Assembly (NCBI GenBank): GCA_044224905.1
Contig: JBGAJN010000001.1
Coordinates: forward strand, 780,705-844,704
Length of the DNA stretch: 64,000 nucleotides
Reading direction: 5' to 3'
From: Limisphaerales bacterium
Lineage (GTDB): Bacteria; Verrucomicrobiota; Verrucomicrobiia; Limisphaerales; JBGAJN01
Below, in pieces: positions 46,671 to 57,468 of the stretch. Position 1 is the first letter of the stretch. The number at the start of each line of letters is the position of its first letter. The position numbers and the translations under genes were made by a program. The notes below the pieces were generated by a model. That model saw nothing but the letters and a program-made list of their open reading frames with translations. It made no database searches and was not told the DNA's origin.

Positions 46671-49277
46671 TCAGGTCTTCTTGAAAACCAATTCCCCGTC
46701 GGAGGTGGTCGCCTTGATGTGATCGCCCGGCTTGAATTCGCCTTCCAACAAACGCATCGCCAGCGGATCCAGAAGTCTTTCTTGAATGGTGCGCTTCAGC
46801 GGCCGCGCGCCGAACTGCGGATCGTAACCTTCCTTCGCGAGCAGCGCTTTCGCTGACTTGTCCACGGTGAGCGTGAGTTGCTGCGCGGCGAGACGTTTGT
46901 CCAAGCGTTGGAGTTGGATGTCCACGATGTGCGTTAGTTGATCCTCGCTGAGGCTGTCGAAAATGATGATGTCGTCGACGCGGTTCAGGAACTCGGGTCG
47001 GAAGTGCTTTCGCAGTTCGTTTTTCACCGAGGATTCGAGCGTGAGCCGGTCGGCTTTAGTAGTTTTGCCGTCGAGGAAAAACTCCTGAATCATCGGTGAG
47101 CCGATGTTGCTCGTCATGATGACGATGCTGTTCTTGAAATCCACCGTGCGACCTTGACCATCGGTCAGGCGGCCGTCGTCGAGGACTTGCAGGAGCACGT
47201 TGAACACGTCGTGGTGGGCTTTCTCGATCTCATCGAAAAGCACGACGGAGTAGGGGCGGCGGCGAACGGCTTCGCTGAGTTGGCCGCCTTCCTCGTAGCC
47301 CACGTAGCCCGGCGGCGCACCGATGAGCCGCGCGACCGTGTGTTTCTCCATGTATTCGCTCATGTCGAGCCGCACCATGGCTTGATCATCGTCGAAGAGG
47401 AACTCAGCGAGCGCTCGGGCGAGTTCGGTTTTCCCGACGCCGGTGGGGCCGAGGAAAATGAATGAGCCGATGGGACGATTCGGTTCCTGCAAACCGCTGC
47501 GCGCGCGCCGGACTGCATTGGCGACAGCGTGAATCGCGTCTTTCTGGCCCACGACGCGATCGCCGAGGCGTTCTTCCATCTTCACCAGTTTCTCACGCTC
47601 GCCTTCCATCATGCGCGTGACGGGAATGCCCGTCCACGCGGCGACTACTTTGGCGATGTCCTCCTCGGTGACTTCTTCGTTGAGGAGACGTTTGCCTTGT
47701 GGCTGTTCGCGCGAAGCCTTTTCGGCGGCGGCCAACTTGCGTTGCAATTCCGGGATCGTGCCGTGTTTGATGCGCGCCGATTCATTTAGATCGCCGCGTC
47801 GCTCGGCCAATTCCAGATCCGTCTTCGCCTTTTCGAGCTGGCTGTTGACGATACTCGTCGCGTTGATGGCGGCTTTTTCATTCTGCCATTGCGCTTTCAT
47901 CTTGGAGGATTGCTCCTTCAAGTTTGCCAGGTCTTTCTCCAGCTTCTTGAGTCGCTCGCGTGACGCATCATCCTTCTCTTTCTTGAGCGCAGTCTGCTCG
48001 ATCTCCAATTGCATGATCTGACGTTCCAGTTGGTCGATCTCCGTGGGCATGGAATCCAACTCCATGCGCAAGCGCGACGCGGACTCGTCCATCAAATCCA
48101 CGGCTTTGTCGGGAAGAAAACGATCGGCGATGTAGCGATGCGACAACGTAGCTGCTGCCACCAGCGCGGCGTCCTGAATGCGCACGCCGTGATGAACTTC
48201 GTAGCGATCTTTCAAGCCGCGCAAGATGGCAATGGTGTCCTGCACGCTTGGCTCTTCGACCATCACGGGCTGGAAGCGGCGTTCTAGCGCGGGGTCTTTT
48301 TCAATGTGCTTGCGATATTCATCGAGCGTCGTGGCGCCAATGCAGCGCAGTTCGCCGCGCGCGAGCTGGGGCTTGAGCATGTTCGCCGCGTCGGCCGCGC
48401 CTTCCGCTGCGCCGGCGCCGACGATGGTGTGGAGCTCGTCAATGAAGAGAATAATCTGCCCCTGGCTGGCGGTGATTTCTTTGAGGAACGCCTTGAGGCG
48501 GTCTTCGAATTCGCCGCGATACTTGGCGCCGGCGATCATTGCGCCAATGTCCATCGCGACGAGCTTCTTGTTCTTCAAGGTTTCGGGGACGTCGCCGCTG
48601 ACGATACGACGAGCGAGCCCTTCCGCGATCGCAGTTTTTCCAACGCCGGGCTCGCCGATGAGCACGGGATTATTCTTTGTGCGGCGAGTGAGCACTTGCA
48701 TCACCCGGCGGATTTCGTCGTCGCGGCCAATGACGGGATCGATCTTTCCCGCGCGCGCGGCGCCTGTGAGGTCGCGGCCGTACTTTTCGAGCGCTTGGAA
48801 CTTTCCTTCCGGTTCCTGATCGGTCACGCGCTGATTGCCGCGCAGCTCGGCGAGCGCCTTAAGCACGGAATCGCGTTTGAGCCCGTGGGTTTGAAAGATT
48901 TTCTTCAGCGACGGCCCGCCTTGATCGAGCAAGCCGAGCAGCAAGTGTTCGGTGCTGACGAAGTCGTCCTTGAGTTTGCTGGCCTCGCTCAGCGCGGCAT
49001 CGAGCACTTTCTTGGTGGCCTGGCCGAGGAAGGTGTCGGTGGAACTGGCACCATGCACCTTGGCGCGGCGTCCTAGTTCCTTTTCAATATCAGCCACCAG
49101 TTGGGCCGGAGGCACGCCGAGCTTTTGGAGCAGTGGCTGGATTAACCCTTCCGTTTGATCCAACAGGGCCAGCATCAGATGCTCGCCATCGATCTCCTGA
49201 TGAGAATGTTCATGGGCGACGCGTTGCATCGCTTGCAACGCCTCTTGGGCTTTGGTGGTGAATCGGTCCAGTTGCAT
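46671..49277 (-). CDS. clpB: ATP-dependent chaperone ClpB
   Basis: Clp_N repeats are present. Two AAA+ modules: [10 protein letters not shown] with Walker B ILFIDELH, and [11 protein letters not shown] with [12 protein letters not shown] long coiled-coil middle domain distinguishes ClpB from ClpA. Confidence 0.96.
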   Translation of the reverse strand: MQLDRFTTKAQEALQAMQRVAHEHSHQEIDGEHLMLALLDQTEGLIQPLLQKLGVPPAQLVADIEKELGRRAKVHGASSTDTFLGQATKKVLDAALSEASKLKDDFVSTEHLLLGLLDQGGPSLKKIFQTHGLKRDSVLKALAELRGNQRVTDQEPEGKFQALEKYGRDLTGAARAGKIDPVIGRDDEIRRVMQVLTRRTKNNPVLIGEPGVGKTAIAEGLARRIVSGDVPETLKNKKLVAMDIGAMIAGAKYRGEFEDRLKAFLKEITASQGQIILFIDELHTIVGAGAAEGAADAANMLKPQLARGELRCIGATTLDEYRKHIEKDPALERRFQPVMVEEPSVQDTIAILRGLKDRYEVHHGVRIQDAALVAAATLSHRYIADRFLPDKAVDLMDESASRLRMELDSMPTEIDQLERQIMQLEIEQTALKKEKDDASRERLKKLEKDLANLKEQSSKMKAQWQNEKAAINATSIVNSQLEKAKTDLELAERRGDLNESARIKHGTIPELQRKLAAAEKASREQPQGKRLLNEEVTEEDIAKVVAAWTGIPVTRMMEGEREKLVKMEERLGDRVVGQKDAIHAVANAVRRARSGLQEPNRPIGSFIFLGPTGVGKTELARALAEFLFDDDQAMVRLDMSEYMEKHTVARLIGAPPGYVGYEEGGQLSEAVRRRPYSVVLFDEIEKAHHDVFNVLLQVLDDGRLTDGQGRTVDFKNSIVIMTSNIGSPMIQEFFLDGKTTKADRLTLESSVKNELRKHFRPEFLNRVDDIIIFDSLSEDQLTHIVDIQLQRLDKRLAAQQLTLTVDKSAKALLAKEGYDPQFGARPLKRTIQERLLDPLAMRLLEGEFKPGDHIKATTSDGELVFKKT

Positions 49278-49388
49278 AGGAGCTAGATAATCTGTCAGCG
49301 TAAACCGTCAAGTCGGCGACGCAGCGATTGTTCGGTGCGCATCGGATATTGCTGCGGGAGAGACTTGGGATTTTTCCGTAAGGGGCCA

Positions 49389-49417
49389 TTGACTTGCCCG
49401 CGGCGAATCATTATTAC
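49389..49417 (+). promoter_or_regulatory. Candidate sigma-70 promoter for recA (TTGACT-N17-TATTAC)
   Basis: TTGACT lies at 49389-49394, followed by a 17-nt spacer and TATTAC at 49412-49417, 26 bp upstream of the recA ATG. The -10 element matches TATAAT at 4 of 6 positions. Confidence 0.3.
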
Positions 49418-49442
49418 CATCTGAAAAGTTTCCGGAGAATCT

Positions 49443-50513
49443 ATGCCACCAAAAGCTGCTGAAAAATCTGTCGTCGATACGAAGTCCGCCGAAGCCGCCA
49501 AACTCGCCGCCGCCCGCGAGCGCGACCTCGAGGCCGCCATTTCCTCCATTCACAAAGCCTACGGCGACGGCAGCATCATGCGCCTTGGCGAGGCCCGGGC
49601 CAATAAGCTGATCGAAGTGATCCCCACCGGCGCGCTTGCCGTGGATCTCGCCTTGGGTGTCGGCGGCGTGCCGCGCGGTCGCGTGGTGGAGATCTTCGGC
49701 CCGGAATCTTCCGGTAAAACGACGTTGATGCTGCATGTCATTGCCAACGCGCAGAAGTCCGGCGGCTTGGCGGCGTTCATCGACGCGGAACACGCCTTGG
49801 ATCCGGGCTACGCGAAGAAATTGGGCGTGAACTTGGATGACTTGCTCGTGTCACAACCCGACAGCGGCGAAGAAGCGTTGACGATCTGCGAAACGCTGGC
49901 GCGCTCCAATGCGCTCGACGTGATCGTCATCGATTCCGTGGCGGCGCTGGTGCCGAAGGCTGAACTCGAAGGCGAGATGGGTATGGCTACGATGGGTATG
50001 CAGGCACGGTTGATGAGCCAAGCGTTGCGCAAGCTCACTGCCATCCTCAATAAATCCAAGACCACCTGCATTTTCACCAACCAGCTCCGCGAAAAAGTCG
50101 GGGTGATGTTCGGCAATCCGGAAACCACCCCCGGCGGTAAAGCGCTGAAGTTTTACGCCAGCGTCCGTATCGACATCCGCCGCAAGGACACGCTCAAAGA
50201 CGCTGCTGGCAACGCAACCGGCAATCACGTGAAGGTGAAGATCGTAAAAAACAAGGTGGCGCCGCCCTTCGTCGAAGCCGAATTCGACATCATCTATAAT
50301 CACGGCATCGACAAGGAAGGCAGCATCCTCGACGTGGGCATCGAGTCTGGGGCAGTCGAGAAAAAAGGCGCTTGGCTGCAATTCAACGGCGACCTCATCG
50401 GTCAAGGCAAGGAGGCTGCGAAAAAGGCGCTGGCCGAGAAGCCGGAACTGGCGGCGAAGATTGTGGAGGCGATTATGGCGAAGCGAGCCGTGAGTGGGGT
50501 CCCAGCAGCTTAA
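49443..50513 (+). CDS. recA: Recombinase RecA
   Basis: [17 protein letters not shown] (Walker A), [11 protein letters not shown], the [10 protein letters not shown] region, and the L2 region [20 protein letters not shown]. Confidence 0.97.
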   Translation: MPPKAAEKSVVDTKSAEAAKLAAARERDLEAAISSIHKAYGDGSIMRLGEARANKLIEVIPTGALAVDLALGVGGVPRGRVVEIFGPESSGKTTLMLHVIANAQKSGGLAAFIDAEHALDPGYAKKLGVNLDDLLVSQPDSGEEALTICETLARSNALDVIVIDSVAALVPKAELEGEMGMATMGMQARLMSQALRKLTAILNKSKTTCIFTNQLREKVGVMFGNPETTPGGKALKFYASVRIDIRRKDTLKDAAGNATGNHVKVKIVKNKVAPPFVEAEFDIIYNHGIDKEGSILDVGIESGAVEKKGAWLQFNGDLIGQGKEAAKKALAEKPELAAKIVEAIMAKRAVSGVPAA

Positions 50514-50535
50514 CGAACGACCGGTTGCTGCGTGG

Positions 50536-51222
50536 TCAGGGCGGGAAGACTACTTGGTTGTCTTTGCCCGACGTGATTACGAAGCTTTGAAGTTCGGCGG
50601 ATGTGGTGAGTTGAACGCTGCCGTCGACCAGGCCTGCGTTGCCTCTCGTTGGAGTCCGGTGGATTGAGCCGCGCCAAATGGCCGTCTGGCCGGCATTGGT
50701 GGACTCGATCGTCTTCACGGCGTTGGCCCCGTACTGATTTGTGCCGCCCGGGATTGGCAGTGACGATCCCATGTCTCGGTCGCCGCTCAGAAACATGGCG
50801 GGTAAACTCTCCGTGGCGTTAATGCTGGCGAAGTACGAGATAACGCCGCTCCGATTCAAGCCTGTTGCAGTGAACGCAGAAGCGTTGGTGCGACTTGTGT
50901 CGCTTGGGCAATTCAAAACTTTGGTGGCGGCCAATTCACCTGCGAGCGGAGTAAAAAAACGATACGTGTTCGGATTGGCGACGCGAAAATTGTTTGGGCC
51001 GCCGTTCGGTTGTTCGCCAATGAAAAGGTTGTCGTTGTCGAGGGCGTTTTGCCGTGCAGCCAAGACGATTTGTTTGACGTTGCTGGAACATTTGATTCGT
51101 TGCGCCCTTGCCTTGGCCCGAGACAAGGCTGGCAGGAGAAGGCTGGCAAGAATGGCGATGATGGCGATGACGACAAGAAGTTCGATCAACGTAAAACCGG
51201 ACTCGCGAGTGCGTTGACACAT
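50536..51222 (-). CDS. Prepilin-type N-terminal cleavage/methylation domain protein (type II secretion/pseudopilin-like, DUF1559-type)
   Basis: [52 protein letters not shown]. The C-terminal region has DG...Q motifs and ends VVFPP. Confidence 0.85.
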   Translation of the reverse strand: MCQRTRESGFTLIELLVVIAIIAILASLLLPALSRAKARAQRIKCSSNVKQIVLAARQNALDNDNLFIGEQPNGGPNNFRVANPNTYRFFTPLAGELAATKVLNCPSDTSRTNASAFTATGLNRSGVISYFASINATESLPAMFLSGDRDMGSSLPIPGGTNQYGANAVKTIESTNAGQTAIWRGSIHRTPTRGNAGLVDGSVQLTTSAELQSFVITSGKDNQVVFPP

Positions 51223-51360
51223 ATGCGCTGTAGGTGACGGTTTGCTGAAATGGTGACGGGCAGAAAATTAGCGGATGCGATTATTCCCTGACAATAAAAA
51301 ACGCCGTCACGAAGCCAATAGTGCCACGGAGGAAAACGGGCGCGCGTTGGTCGATTCGCT

Positions 51361-51393
51361 AAAAAAAGAAGGCACCCGCGTGCGGGTGCCTTC
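51361..51393 (-). terminator. Intrinsic terminator after the upstream prepilin-like gene
   Basis: Perfect 11-bp stem, GAAGGCACCCG / CGGGTGCCTTC, with a 4-nt loop. Seven T residues follow on the minus strand (A7 at 51361-51367 on plus). It lies 23 bp beyond the stop at 51416. Confidence 0.8.
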
Positions 51394-51415
51394 GATCGCA
51401 AAAGTGTTAGTCTGC

Positions 51416-52120
51416 TCAGTTCTGCGGGAATGAGAGGCCGTTAGTAACTCCGGAGTCGCGGAGGAAGAGTTTGAGTGCGCCCTGCACGTTGGTGGTCGGA
51501 TTAAACTGTTGCACGCTGCCGTCGGCCAGTGCCGCATTGCCTTGATTTACGTGATAATTTCCAGTCCAGCCCCAATCAATCTTGCTGATGGTGCTGTTTT
51601 GTCCGGGGTCGCCGATTACAAGGTCGCCAACCTGAGTGCTCGAAGTGAGTTCACGCATGTTGCGATCGCCGGAGAGAAGCTTAAGCGGTGAGGTTTCGCT
51701 TGCATCCAAGCCTGCGAAGTAGGAGATGCGATTGTCGCGGATCGAGTCACCGGCAAAGTTGGTATGGATTCCGGCAGACGGGATTTGGGCTGGGCAAACC
51801 ACAACTTTTGGGGTTACCAGTTCCTCCTTAAGCGTTGTGAAAAACCGCCACGTGTCAGTTCCGGGCGGGGTGCCAGCGGTGCGGAAACTGGCCGCATTAC
51901 GTTGTCCAGGATATTGGCCGTCGTTATCCGTGGAATCCATTTTAGCGGCAAGGCCAATTTGCTTTAGGTTGCTAACGCATTTGATGCGCTGGGCTTTGGC
52001 CTTGGCTTTGGAAAGCGCCGGCAACAATAGGCTGGCTAGAATGGCGATAATGGCGATGACGACCAGCAGCTCGATGAGCGTGAAGGCCCCGATTTTGATT
52101 TTGCGGAAGGTTTGGCGCAT
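51416..52120 (-). CDS. Prepilin-type N-terminal cleavage/methylation domain protein (paralog of 50536-51222)
   Basis: [58 protein letters not shown]. It has the same architecture as its neighbour and ends LSFPQN. Confidence 0.85.
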   Translation of the reverse strand: MRQTFRKIKIGAFTLIELLVVIAIIAILASLLLPALSKAKAKAQRIKCVSNLKQIGLAAKMDSTDNDGQYPGQRNAASFRTAGTPPGTDTWRFFTTLKEELVTPKVVVCPAQIPSAGIHTNFAGDSIRDNRISYFAGLDASETSPLKLLSGDRNMRELTSSTQVGDLVIGDPGQNSTISKIDWGWTGNYHVNQGNAALADGSVQQFNPTTNVQGALKLFLRDSGVTNGLSFPQN

Positions 52121-52202
52121 AAATTTTTTTGGGTTAAGGGACGTGGTTGGAGACGATAATTATTCGCGTTTTAGTGTCAATCGTTTTAGCTGAGAATTAT
52201 CT

Positions 52203-52218
52203 AGCACACACGGTGCCG
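52203..52218 (-). promoter_or_regulatory. Candidate sigma-54 (-24/-12) promoter upstream of the prepilin-like gene 51416-52120
   Basis: The minus strand reads CGGCACCGTGTGTGCT, compared with TGGCACG-N4-TTGCW. GGCAC and TGC are at the canonical spacing, and 9 of 12 specified positions match. It lies about 85 nt upstream of ATG 52120. Confidence 0.35.
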
Positions 52219-52362
52219 ACGGGAGTTGGGTGCGAATTCCTCAGGAAACCATCCAGTGTTGAGCTCGGTCTGCGTGAAGCTCGTTCCTTGTGCGTGAAAA
52301 AAACGCAGGTGTCGAAAGGTGTTCTTTGTTGAAACCATTTCGGAGCCGCTTAGGCTTCGTTA

Positions 52363-52569
52363 ATGAACGAACGGTTGGAACGCGTCGAGGCGGCTTTGGC
52401 CCACATGGAACATCTCTGTGAGCAATTGAACCTGGTCGTCGTCGATCAGGGTAAGACGCTTGCGCGATTGAGCGCGCAGGTTCAGCGATTGGCGCGTACC
52501 GTCGAGTCTCAGGAAGTTGATCGCATCAAGGCAACGAATCCTAAACCGCCGCACTATGGTGGGAGCTGA
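52363..52569 (+). CDS. slyX: SlyX-family small coiled-coil protein
   Basis: 68 aa. MNERLERVEAALAHMEHLCEQLNLVVVDQGKTLARLSAQVQRL matches the SlyX pattern (R-x-x-x-LE...E...LN). Confidence 0.75.
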   Translation: MNERLERVEAALAHMEHLCEQLNLVVVDQGKTLARLSAQVQRLARTVESQEVDRIKATNPKPPHYGGS

Positions 52570-52651
52570 GAAGAAGTTGAGAGCTTTATGATTTGAGAGT
52601 CGCGGTGGCTGATTGCGGATTACACTTACGCGCCAACTTGTTTAGCAACCG

Positions 52652-53833
52652 TCAGCTTTGGCTAAGTCGTTTTTTCGGTGCTTCAAAGAGAAGTTGGTGA
52701 GCCTCTTGCAATATTGCTGGGATCTTCTCTGCGAAAGAATTCTTGGCTAGTGCAGTGCGCAACTCGAGCTTGGCAACATCTCCAGCGTTTTCGCCGGGGA
52801 ACCAGTGGTCGGCTTGGCCGAGCAAGTTGTAGCGCATCTTGCCCCAATCGACGAGATCGAGAGATTTGGCGTAGGTCCAAAGGCGGAGAATCTCGAGAAT
52901 GTTTACTTCACCAGGCACAGCCACGTATTCGGGCAGGCCTCGAAACCAGTTGTTGCACCAGTCATCGCCAAGTGACTCCACCATGGCGGCGCGCAGGCGC
53001 TTCTCGATGGGGGCAATCACTTCCGCGGCGCGTTCGTAATGTTCGAGCGCTTTGATGTGTTCGTCGAAATCACTCGGCTTGGCGGCGCCGCAACTCAGCG
53101 TGTGAACCTGCGGACGCGCGAGGCAGTAGAGGTCGTTGAATTGCATCGGCGAAAGCGGCGCGCACAAGGCGACCATTTTCGGCGGCGGACTGTAGAGCTT
53201 TCCGCCTTTATCATTCGGGCTGATGATGAACATCCCCATGTCACGTCGCGCGGCCTCTTCGACGGCAATCCAGTTGAGGTCGTTTACGAAATACCAATGG
53301 AGGTTCACGTAGTCGAATTCGTCGCTGCGGATGGCCTCGAGAATGATGTCCGTGGTGGCGTGAGTTGAAAATCCGATGTGGCGCACGCGGCCTTCGCGTT
53401 GGAGTTTGCGGGCGGCGGCCGCGCAACCGTTCTTGCCTACGGACCAATTCAAAAGTTCGCGATTGTTGATTCCGTGGAGTGAAAGCAGGTCAACGTAATC
53501 GAGCTTAAGGTAGTTCATCGAAGTCTCGAACGTCTTCAGGAAATCCTCGACTCGCGCGTGCGGGGCGACCTTGGTCTGGACGATGATTTTTTCTCGCGGA
53601 AGAGAAGGCAACACCCGTCCCAGTTGCATTTCTGAGGAACCGTAGCCGCGCGCAGTTTCAATATGGTTGATGCCCAGTTCGAGTGCGCGATGAATGGTCG
53701 CCTCGAGGTTCGCCTGATTATCAGACGGGATGTCTTGCGGCGAGACATCCTGCCACTTGAATTGGTAGCGCATCCCACCACAACTGATCACCGGCATCGA
53801 GAGTCCCGTCTTACCAAACCTGCGATATTTCAT
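52652..53833 (-). CDS. Aldo/keto reductase family oxidoreductase with a C-terminal extension
   Basis: [22 protein letters not shown]...[11 protein letters not shown]...[12 protein letters not shown] is the AKR pattern. I place the start at ATG 53833. Confidence 0.85.
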   Translation of the reverse strand: MKYRRFGKTGLSMPVISCGGMRYQFKWQDVSPQDIPSDNQANLEATIHRALELGINHIETARGYGSSEMQLGRVLPSLPREKIIVQTKVAPHARVEDFLKTFETSMNYLKLDYVDLLSLHGINNRELLNWSVGKNGCAAAARKLQREGRVRHIGFSTHATTDIILEAIRSDEFDYVNLHWYFVNDLNWIAVEEAARRDMGMFIISPNDKGGKLYSPPPKMVALCAPLSPMQFNDLYCLARPQVHTLSCGAAKPSDFDEHIKALEHYERAAEVIAPIEKRLRAAMVESLGDDWCNNWFRGLPEYVAVPGEVNILEILRLWTYAKSLDLVDWGKMRYNLLGQADHWFPGENAGDVAKLELRTALAKNSFAEKIPAILQEAHQLLFEAPKKRLSQS

Positions 53834-53952
53834 TGTGCCGATGCTGCCAGCGCGGGTTTTACGTGGCAATGACGCACGCGCAATCGACTCGCAGGTTCGC
53901 GAACACTCCCCGCGTCCATGTTGAGCATGGCGGCTGCTAAAGGGCGGTTACT

Positions 53953-54768
53953 ATGCTCAGAAATAAGTTTGTTGGGATTCTCACCTTTGCGCTCTCACAT
54001 CTACTGCTGCCGCAAGCTTACGCGGATGACGCTGCTTCGCCGGCGAGTCGTTACACCACCGATGCTGCTGCCGTAGTAAAAATGGGCGAGGAACTAGTTC
54101 ACGCTCTGAAACAGCCGGTTCGCCAACAACTCGGTGCCGTGCGTGTGGAAGTTGTCGCGGGCGCCAAACCGGACATTCACTTTCAAACTGCAGCCGGTAG
54201 CGACGCGAAGTCCGGTGCCGTGGTCGTGACCTCGGGGTTCGTGGATTTGATCAACTACCTTTCACACGCCCGCGCTCTTGAAAAAACATCGAAAGGATCG
54301 TTCCAGAAATACCTCCAAGCACTTGCGCAGGCGGGCGCGGATTCCGCACCGATACCGCCGCCTGGATTGAGTAATCCGGCGAATTGGAACGACAACGTGC
54401 TCAACGAACAGATGAGCAACTTCAATCAGATTTTCGGCGTCGTGCTGGGAACGCAACTGGCCCATCAATATTTGGGCAACAGCCAGAAGTATTCTGGTCA
54501 GGCGAGCCAGGCAGGCAGCAGCACGACGCCTGCGTTTAACCAGATCGTGACTCCGGAAGACTTCGATGCGGCAATCAAAGCTGGCGTGCACAACGCCCTC
54601 GATTGCGGGTTCGGAGTGGCGGGAATCAAATACATCGTCGAAGGCTTCGACAAAGTGCAGCAACGTCCCGCGTGGGCCGGTTATTTCCTGTCGGACAAAG
54701 CCAAGCTGCCGAAGTTGCGCAAGGATTTGGAAAAGTTCGAGCGCATGTATTTCGCTGGCGACTTTTGA
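53953..54768 (+). CDS. Secreted hypothetical protein
   Basis: Signal peptide: MLRNKFVGILTFALSHLLLPQAYA. The coding frame is clean and is followed by a strong terminator. No motif recognised. Confidence 0.6.
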   Translation: MLRNKFVGILTFALSHLLLPQAYADDAASPASRYTTDAAAVVKMGEELVHALKQPVRQQLGAVRVEVVAGAKPDIHFQTAAGSDAKSGAVVVTSGFVDLINYLSHARALEKTSKGSFQKYLQALAQAGADSAPIPPPGLSNPANWNDNVLNEQMSNFNQIFGVVLGTQLAHQYLGNSQKYSGQASQAGSSTTPAFNQIVTPEDFDAAIKAGVHNALDCGFGVAGIKYIVEGFDKVQQRPAWAGYFLSDKAKLPKLRKDLEKFERMYFAGDF

Positions 54769-54790
54769 TTTAGGGGCCGAAAGGCAACGG

Positions 54791-54824
54791 CGCGCGGGAC
54801 TTCGGTCCCGCGCGTTTACGTTTT
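54791..54824 (+). terminator. Intrinsic terminator
   Basis: Perfect 10-bp stem, CGCGCGGGAC / GTCCCGCGCG, with loop TTCG, followed by TTTACGTTTT. It lies 23 bp after the stop at 54768. Confidence 0.8.
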
Positions 54825-54857
54825 AAGATCCGCTTGGAATTTCCTGTGCGAACCGAC

Positions 54858-55709
54858 TTAAACAACGAACTCGAGTTCCTGCCGGTGCGGGATCAGGCCG
54901 CGCTCGTGTGCGCGACCGAGAAAGCGGCGGATCGATTCGCGACCGCGTTCGCCGTAGTCGATGGTCCAGTGGTTCACGTACATGCCGACAAATTTGTCCG
55001 CGAGATCGCGTCCCATGTCGCGGGCGTATTGCAGCGCGTGTTGCACCGCGGGCCCGCGATGATCGAGACTGAATTGAATGCTCGCCGTGAGAATGTCGGA
55101 AATATTTTTGCGCACCGCGGGTTCAAAGCGTTTGTGAATGACGTTGCCGCCGAGCGGGAGCGGCAATCCTTCGTTGTCGCGTCCCCACCAAACGCCGAGG
55201 TCTTCGCAACAGACGAGGCCTTCGTTCTGAAACGTGAGTTGCCCTTCGTGAATGATCAGGCCCACGTCGGCATTGCCACTGCGAACGGTTTGGAAGATTT
55301 GATCAAACGGCACGACGACGAAGTTGAACTCCTTCGCGGATTTACCCAACCACAGTTGAAGCGCCAGAAACGCGCTGGTCATCGTTCCGGGAACAGCGAT
55401 TTTCAACCGCGCAATCTCGTCGCGCGTATAGGGGTGTTTTGCGACAAGCATCGGGCCGTAACCATCGCCCATGCTCGCTCCGCTAGGCAGCAGCGCGTAT
55501 TTGTCGCTCACGTAGGCGTAGGCGTGAATGCTGATCGCCGAGATGTCGAGTTCGCCGCGCGTGGCGCGTTCGTTCAGCGTCTGGATGTCTTGCAGAATGT
55601 GTTCGAAATGGAACCCGTGCGTCGGAATCAATTCCTTCGCCAGTCCGTAAAACATAAAGGCGTCGTCCGGATCGGGCGAGTGGCCAAGCGTCAATGTGCG
55701 CGATTGCAT
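54858..55709 (-). CDS. MqnA/MqnD/SBP-family protein (futalosine-pathway menaquinone biosynthesis-like)
   Basis: LTLGHSPDPDDAFMFYGLA...DIQTLNERATRGELDISAISIHAYAYV...GDGYGPMLVA follows the MqnA/MqnD (PF02621-type) pattern. I place the start at ATG 55709. Confidence 0.7.
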   Translation of the reverse strand: MQSRTLTLGHSPDPDDAFMFYGLAKELIPTHGFHFEHILQDIQTLNERATRGELDISAISIHAYAYVSDKYALLPSGASMGDGYGPMLVAKHPYTRDEIARLKIAVPGTMTSAFLALQLWLGKSAKEFNFVVVPFDQIFQTVRSGNADVGLIIHEGQLTFQNEGLVCCEDLGVWWGRDNEGLPLPLGGNVIHKRFEPAVRKNISDILTASIQFSLDHRGPAVQHALQYARDMGRDLADKFVGMYVNHWTIDYGERGRESIRRFLGRAHERGLIPHRQELEFVV

Positions 55710-55798
55710 CGCGCGGAAGCTAGCGGGGGAATTGCCTCTTGTCACCAGCGGGCTTAAGTTCAGCCACGATCCGGCGATTCATTATATTTGAGAACGAT

Positions 55799-56500
55799 AT
55801 GAAACACCTTATTTCACGGGCCATCAGCGGTTTGACGGTTTGCGCGGTTGTCGTGCTGGCGCAGAATGTTTCCGCGGGCGAGCCGTCGGGGATTGATTCG
55901 ATCACTTGCAAGGAAGGCAAGCTCTTCACTGTGCAAGGCGGGCAAGCGACCCCAGTCGATAAGGACTTCACGTTTGCGGGGGAAATAGACGTTAAGACCA
56001 ACGGCACGTTCGCCGTCGGCGGTGGGAAAGCGCGCGAGCTGAAGGACGGCCAAATTATCCAGAAGGACGGAATGCTCTTGAGTCCCGATGGCTCAATTAC
56101 GCCGGTTGCTGACCACGTCGTGCTGCGCGCCGGGCGGGCGGTGGTTGTGAAGGATGGTGAAAGCGCTCCGCTGACGAAAGATCTGACGTTGGGGGACGGG
56201 ACGGTTGTGTCCCCCGACGGCACGGTGACTCGTGGTGGCCAGCGCAAGAAGTTGCTCGACGGTCAATTGATCAAACTCAGCGGTGCCGCGTTGCCCGTCA
56301 AAGACACCGTGGTGTTGCTCGGTGGCAAGGTGACCGTGCAGAAGGATGGGTCGCCCATCACTTTGCGTCCCGGTCAGACCATGATGATGAACGAGGGAAC
56401 GAAAGTGTTTTCGGACGGATACATGGTGACGCGCGAAGGCAAGCGCGTCCCGTTGACGGAAGGCCAGGTCGTGACCCTCGAAGGCGTCGTAACGAGATAG
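55799..56500 (+). CDS. Secreted protein built from short DG-containing beta-repeats (DUF6799-like, by recollection)
   Basis: Signal peptide: MKHLISRAISGLTVCAVVVLAQNVSA. Repeated units include KDGMLLSPDGSITPV, LGDGTVVSPDGTVTRGG, LLDGQLIKLSG, VQKDGSPITL and FSDGYMVTREGKRVPL. Confidence 0.6.
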   Translation: MKHLISRAISGLTVCAVVVLAQNVSAGEPSGIDSITCKEGKLFTVQGGQATPVDKDFTFAGEIDVKTNGTFAVGGGKARELKDGQIIQKDGMLLSPDGSITPVADHVVLRAGRAVVVKDGESAPLTKDLTLGDGTVVSPDGTVTRGGQRKKLLDGQLIKLSGAALPVKDTVVLLGGKVTVQKDGSPITLRPGQTMMMNEGTKVFSDGYMVTREGKRVPLTEGQVVTLEGVVTR

Positions 56501-56710
56501 TTGGTGGCGGTTCGGTCCTTCCGCAGTTTCAATGTCGCTGCGGGGTCTGCATTTTGTCACGACGTCAGGGAAGGTCGTGAACTCCCTGAAGGCCAGTGAC
56601 TCGCGTTTCGGGCAGCCGGCGTTTGCTTTGGTCGCCAGCGGGGTTTTCGTGCAAACCTGACATTGACACGTCTAAACTCGGTGGTTACGCTGCAAATACA
56701 TTTAACTACC

Positions 56711-57466
56711 ATGTTGATCCGGATTTGTTTGATTCTCGCTGTTGTTGCCGGGCTGGGAGCCTTGGGCATCACCCATTTTCAGGTAGATAAAAAGCTGAAG
56801 GACGTAGTTGCCGACCGCGACCAAACGCGAACGCAACGCGACGGCTTCGAGAAGGATCTGAAGTCTACGAAGGAGCAGCTTGCGGCCACCAATGCGTACT
56901 TGGTTACAGTTGTTGCTGAGCGTGATGATGCAAAAGCCAAGCAAGCCGCTGCGGAAGAAACCGCAAAGCTTGCGGAAAACGCTAAGAAATCTGCCGAAGG
57001 AGCATTGAACACCCTCAAAAAGCAGCACGAAACCGTGCAAGAAACTCTCGCTAGGTGGACAGGGTTGAACAAGCCTTTCGATGCGGTGCGTCAGATGGTG
57101 GAAGATTATCCCAAAGTTAAAGATCAGCGTGATGCGTTTGAGGAAGAGAAGAAGCTTCTCGCCCGCACGTTGAAGAAGACCGAAGCGAAGCTTGCGCAGT
57201 TTTTGGATCCGGATTCTACGCCGCCCGAACTTCCAGTAGGTCTCAAAGGCAAAATCATCCAGGTCGATCCGAAGTATCAGTTCGTGGTTCTCAACATCGG
57301 GGGCAATCAGGGTGTGTTGGAACGCGGTGAAATGTTGATCAATCGTCAGGGTCGCTTGATTGGTAAGATTAAGATCGCCAGTGTCGAGCCTGACCGTTGC
57401 GTGGCCAACATCATGAAGGCTTGGAAGCAGGACGAGCCCTACGAAGGTGACGAAGTCCTCTACTGA
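56711..57466 (+). CDS. Membrane-anchored coiled-coil protein with a C-terminal beta-rich domain (hypothetical)
   Basis: ATG at 56711. TM helix: MLIRICLILAVVAGLGALGI. About 150 aa are K/E/A-rich coiled coil. The C-terminal block is GKIIQVDPKYQFVVLNIGGNQGVLERGEMLINRQGRLIGKIKIASVE. Confidence 0.65.
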   Translation: MLIRICLILAVVAGLGALGITHFQVDKKLKDVVADRDQTRTQRDGFEKDLKSTKEQLAATNAYLVTVVAERDDAKAKQAAAEETAKLAENAKKSAEGALNTLKKQHETVQETLARWTGLNKPFDAVRQMVEDYPKVKDQRDAFEEEKKLLARTLKKTEAKLAQFLDPDSTPPELPVGLKGKIIQVDPKYQFVVLNIGGNQGVLERGEMLINRQGRLIGKIKIASVEPDRCVANIMKAWKQDEPYEGDEVLY

Positions 57467-57468
57467 AC

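Noticed and set aside
49329-49342. TGTTC half-site upstream of recA, as a possible LexA (SOS) box
   Set aside because: Only one half of a TGTTC-N4-GAACA-type palindrome is present (TGTTCggtgCGCAT). No full palindrome occurs upstream of recA or uvrC.
51311-51326. Perfect TGGCAC (minus strand) upstream of the second prepilin-like gene, as a sigma-54 promoter
   Set aside because: The -12 GC is displaced by 2 nt (TGGCAC-TATTG-GCTT), and sigma-54 promoters do not tolerate that spacing. It is mentioned only as context in the prepilin finding.
54834-55757. 307-aa plus-strand ORF nearly coextensive with the MqnA/MqnD-like gene
   Set aside because: The minus frame has the family pattern SPDPDDAFMFYGL...GYGPMLVA. 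The plus frame has none. It would also run through the strong terminator at 54791-54824 immediately upstream.
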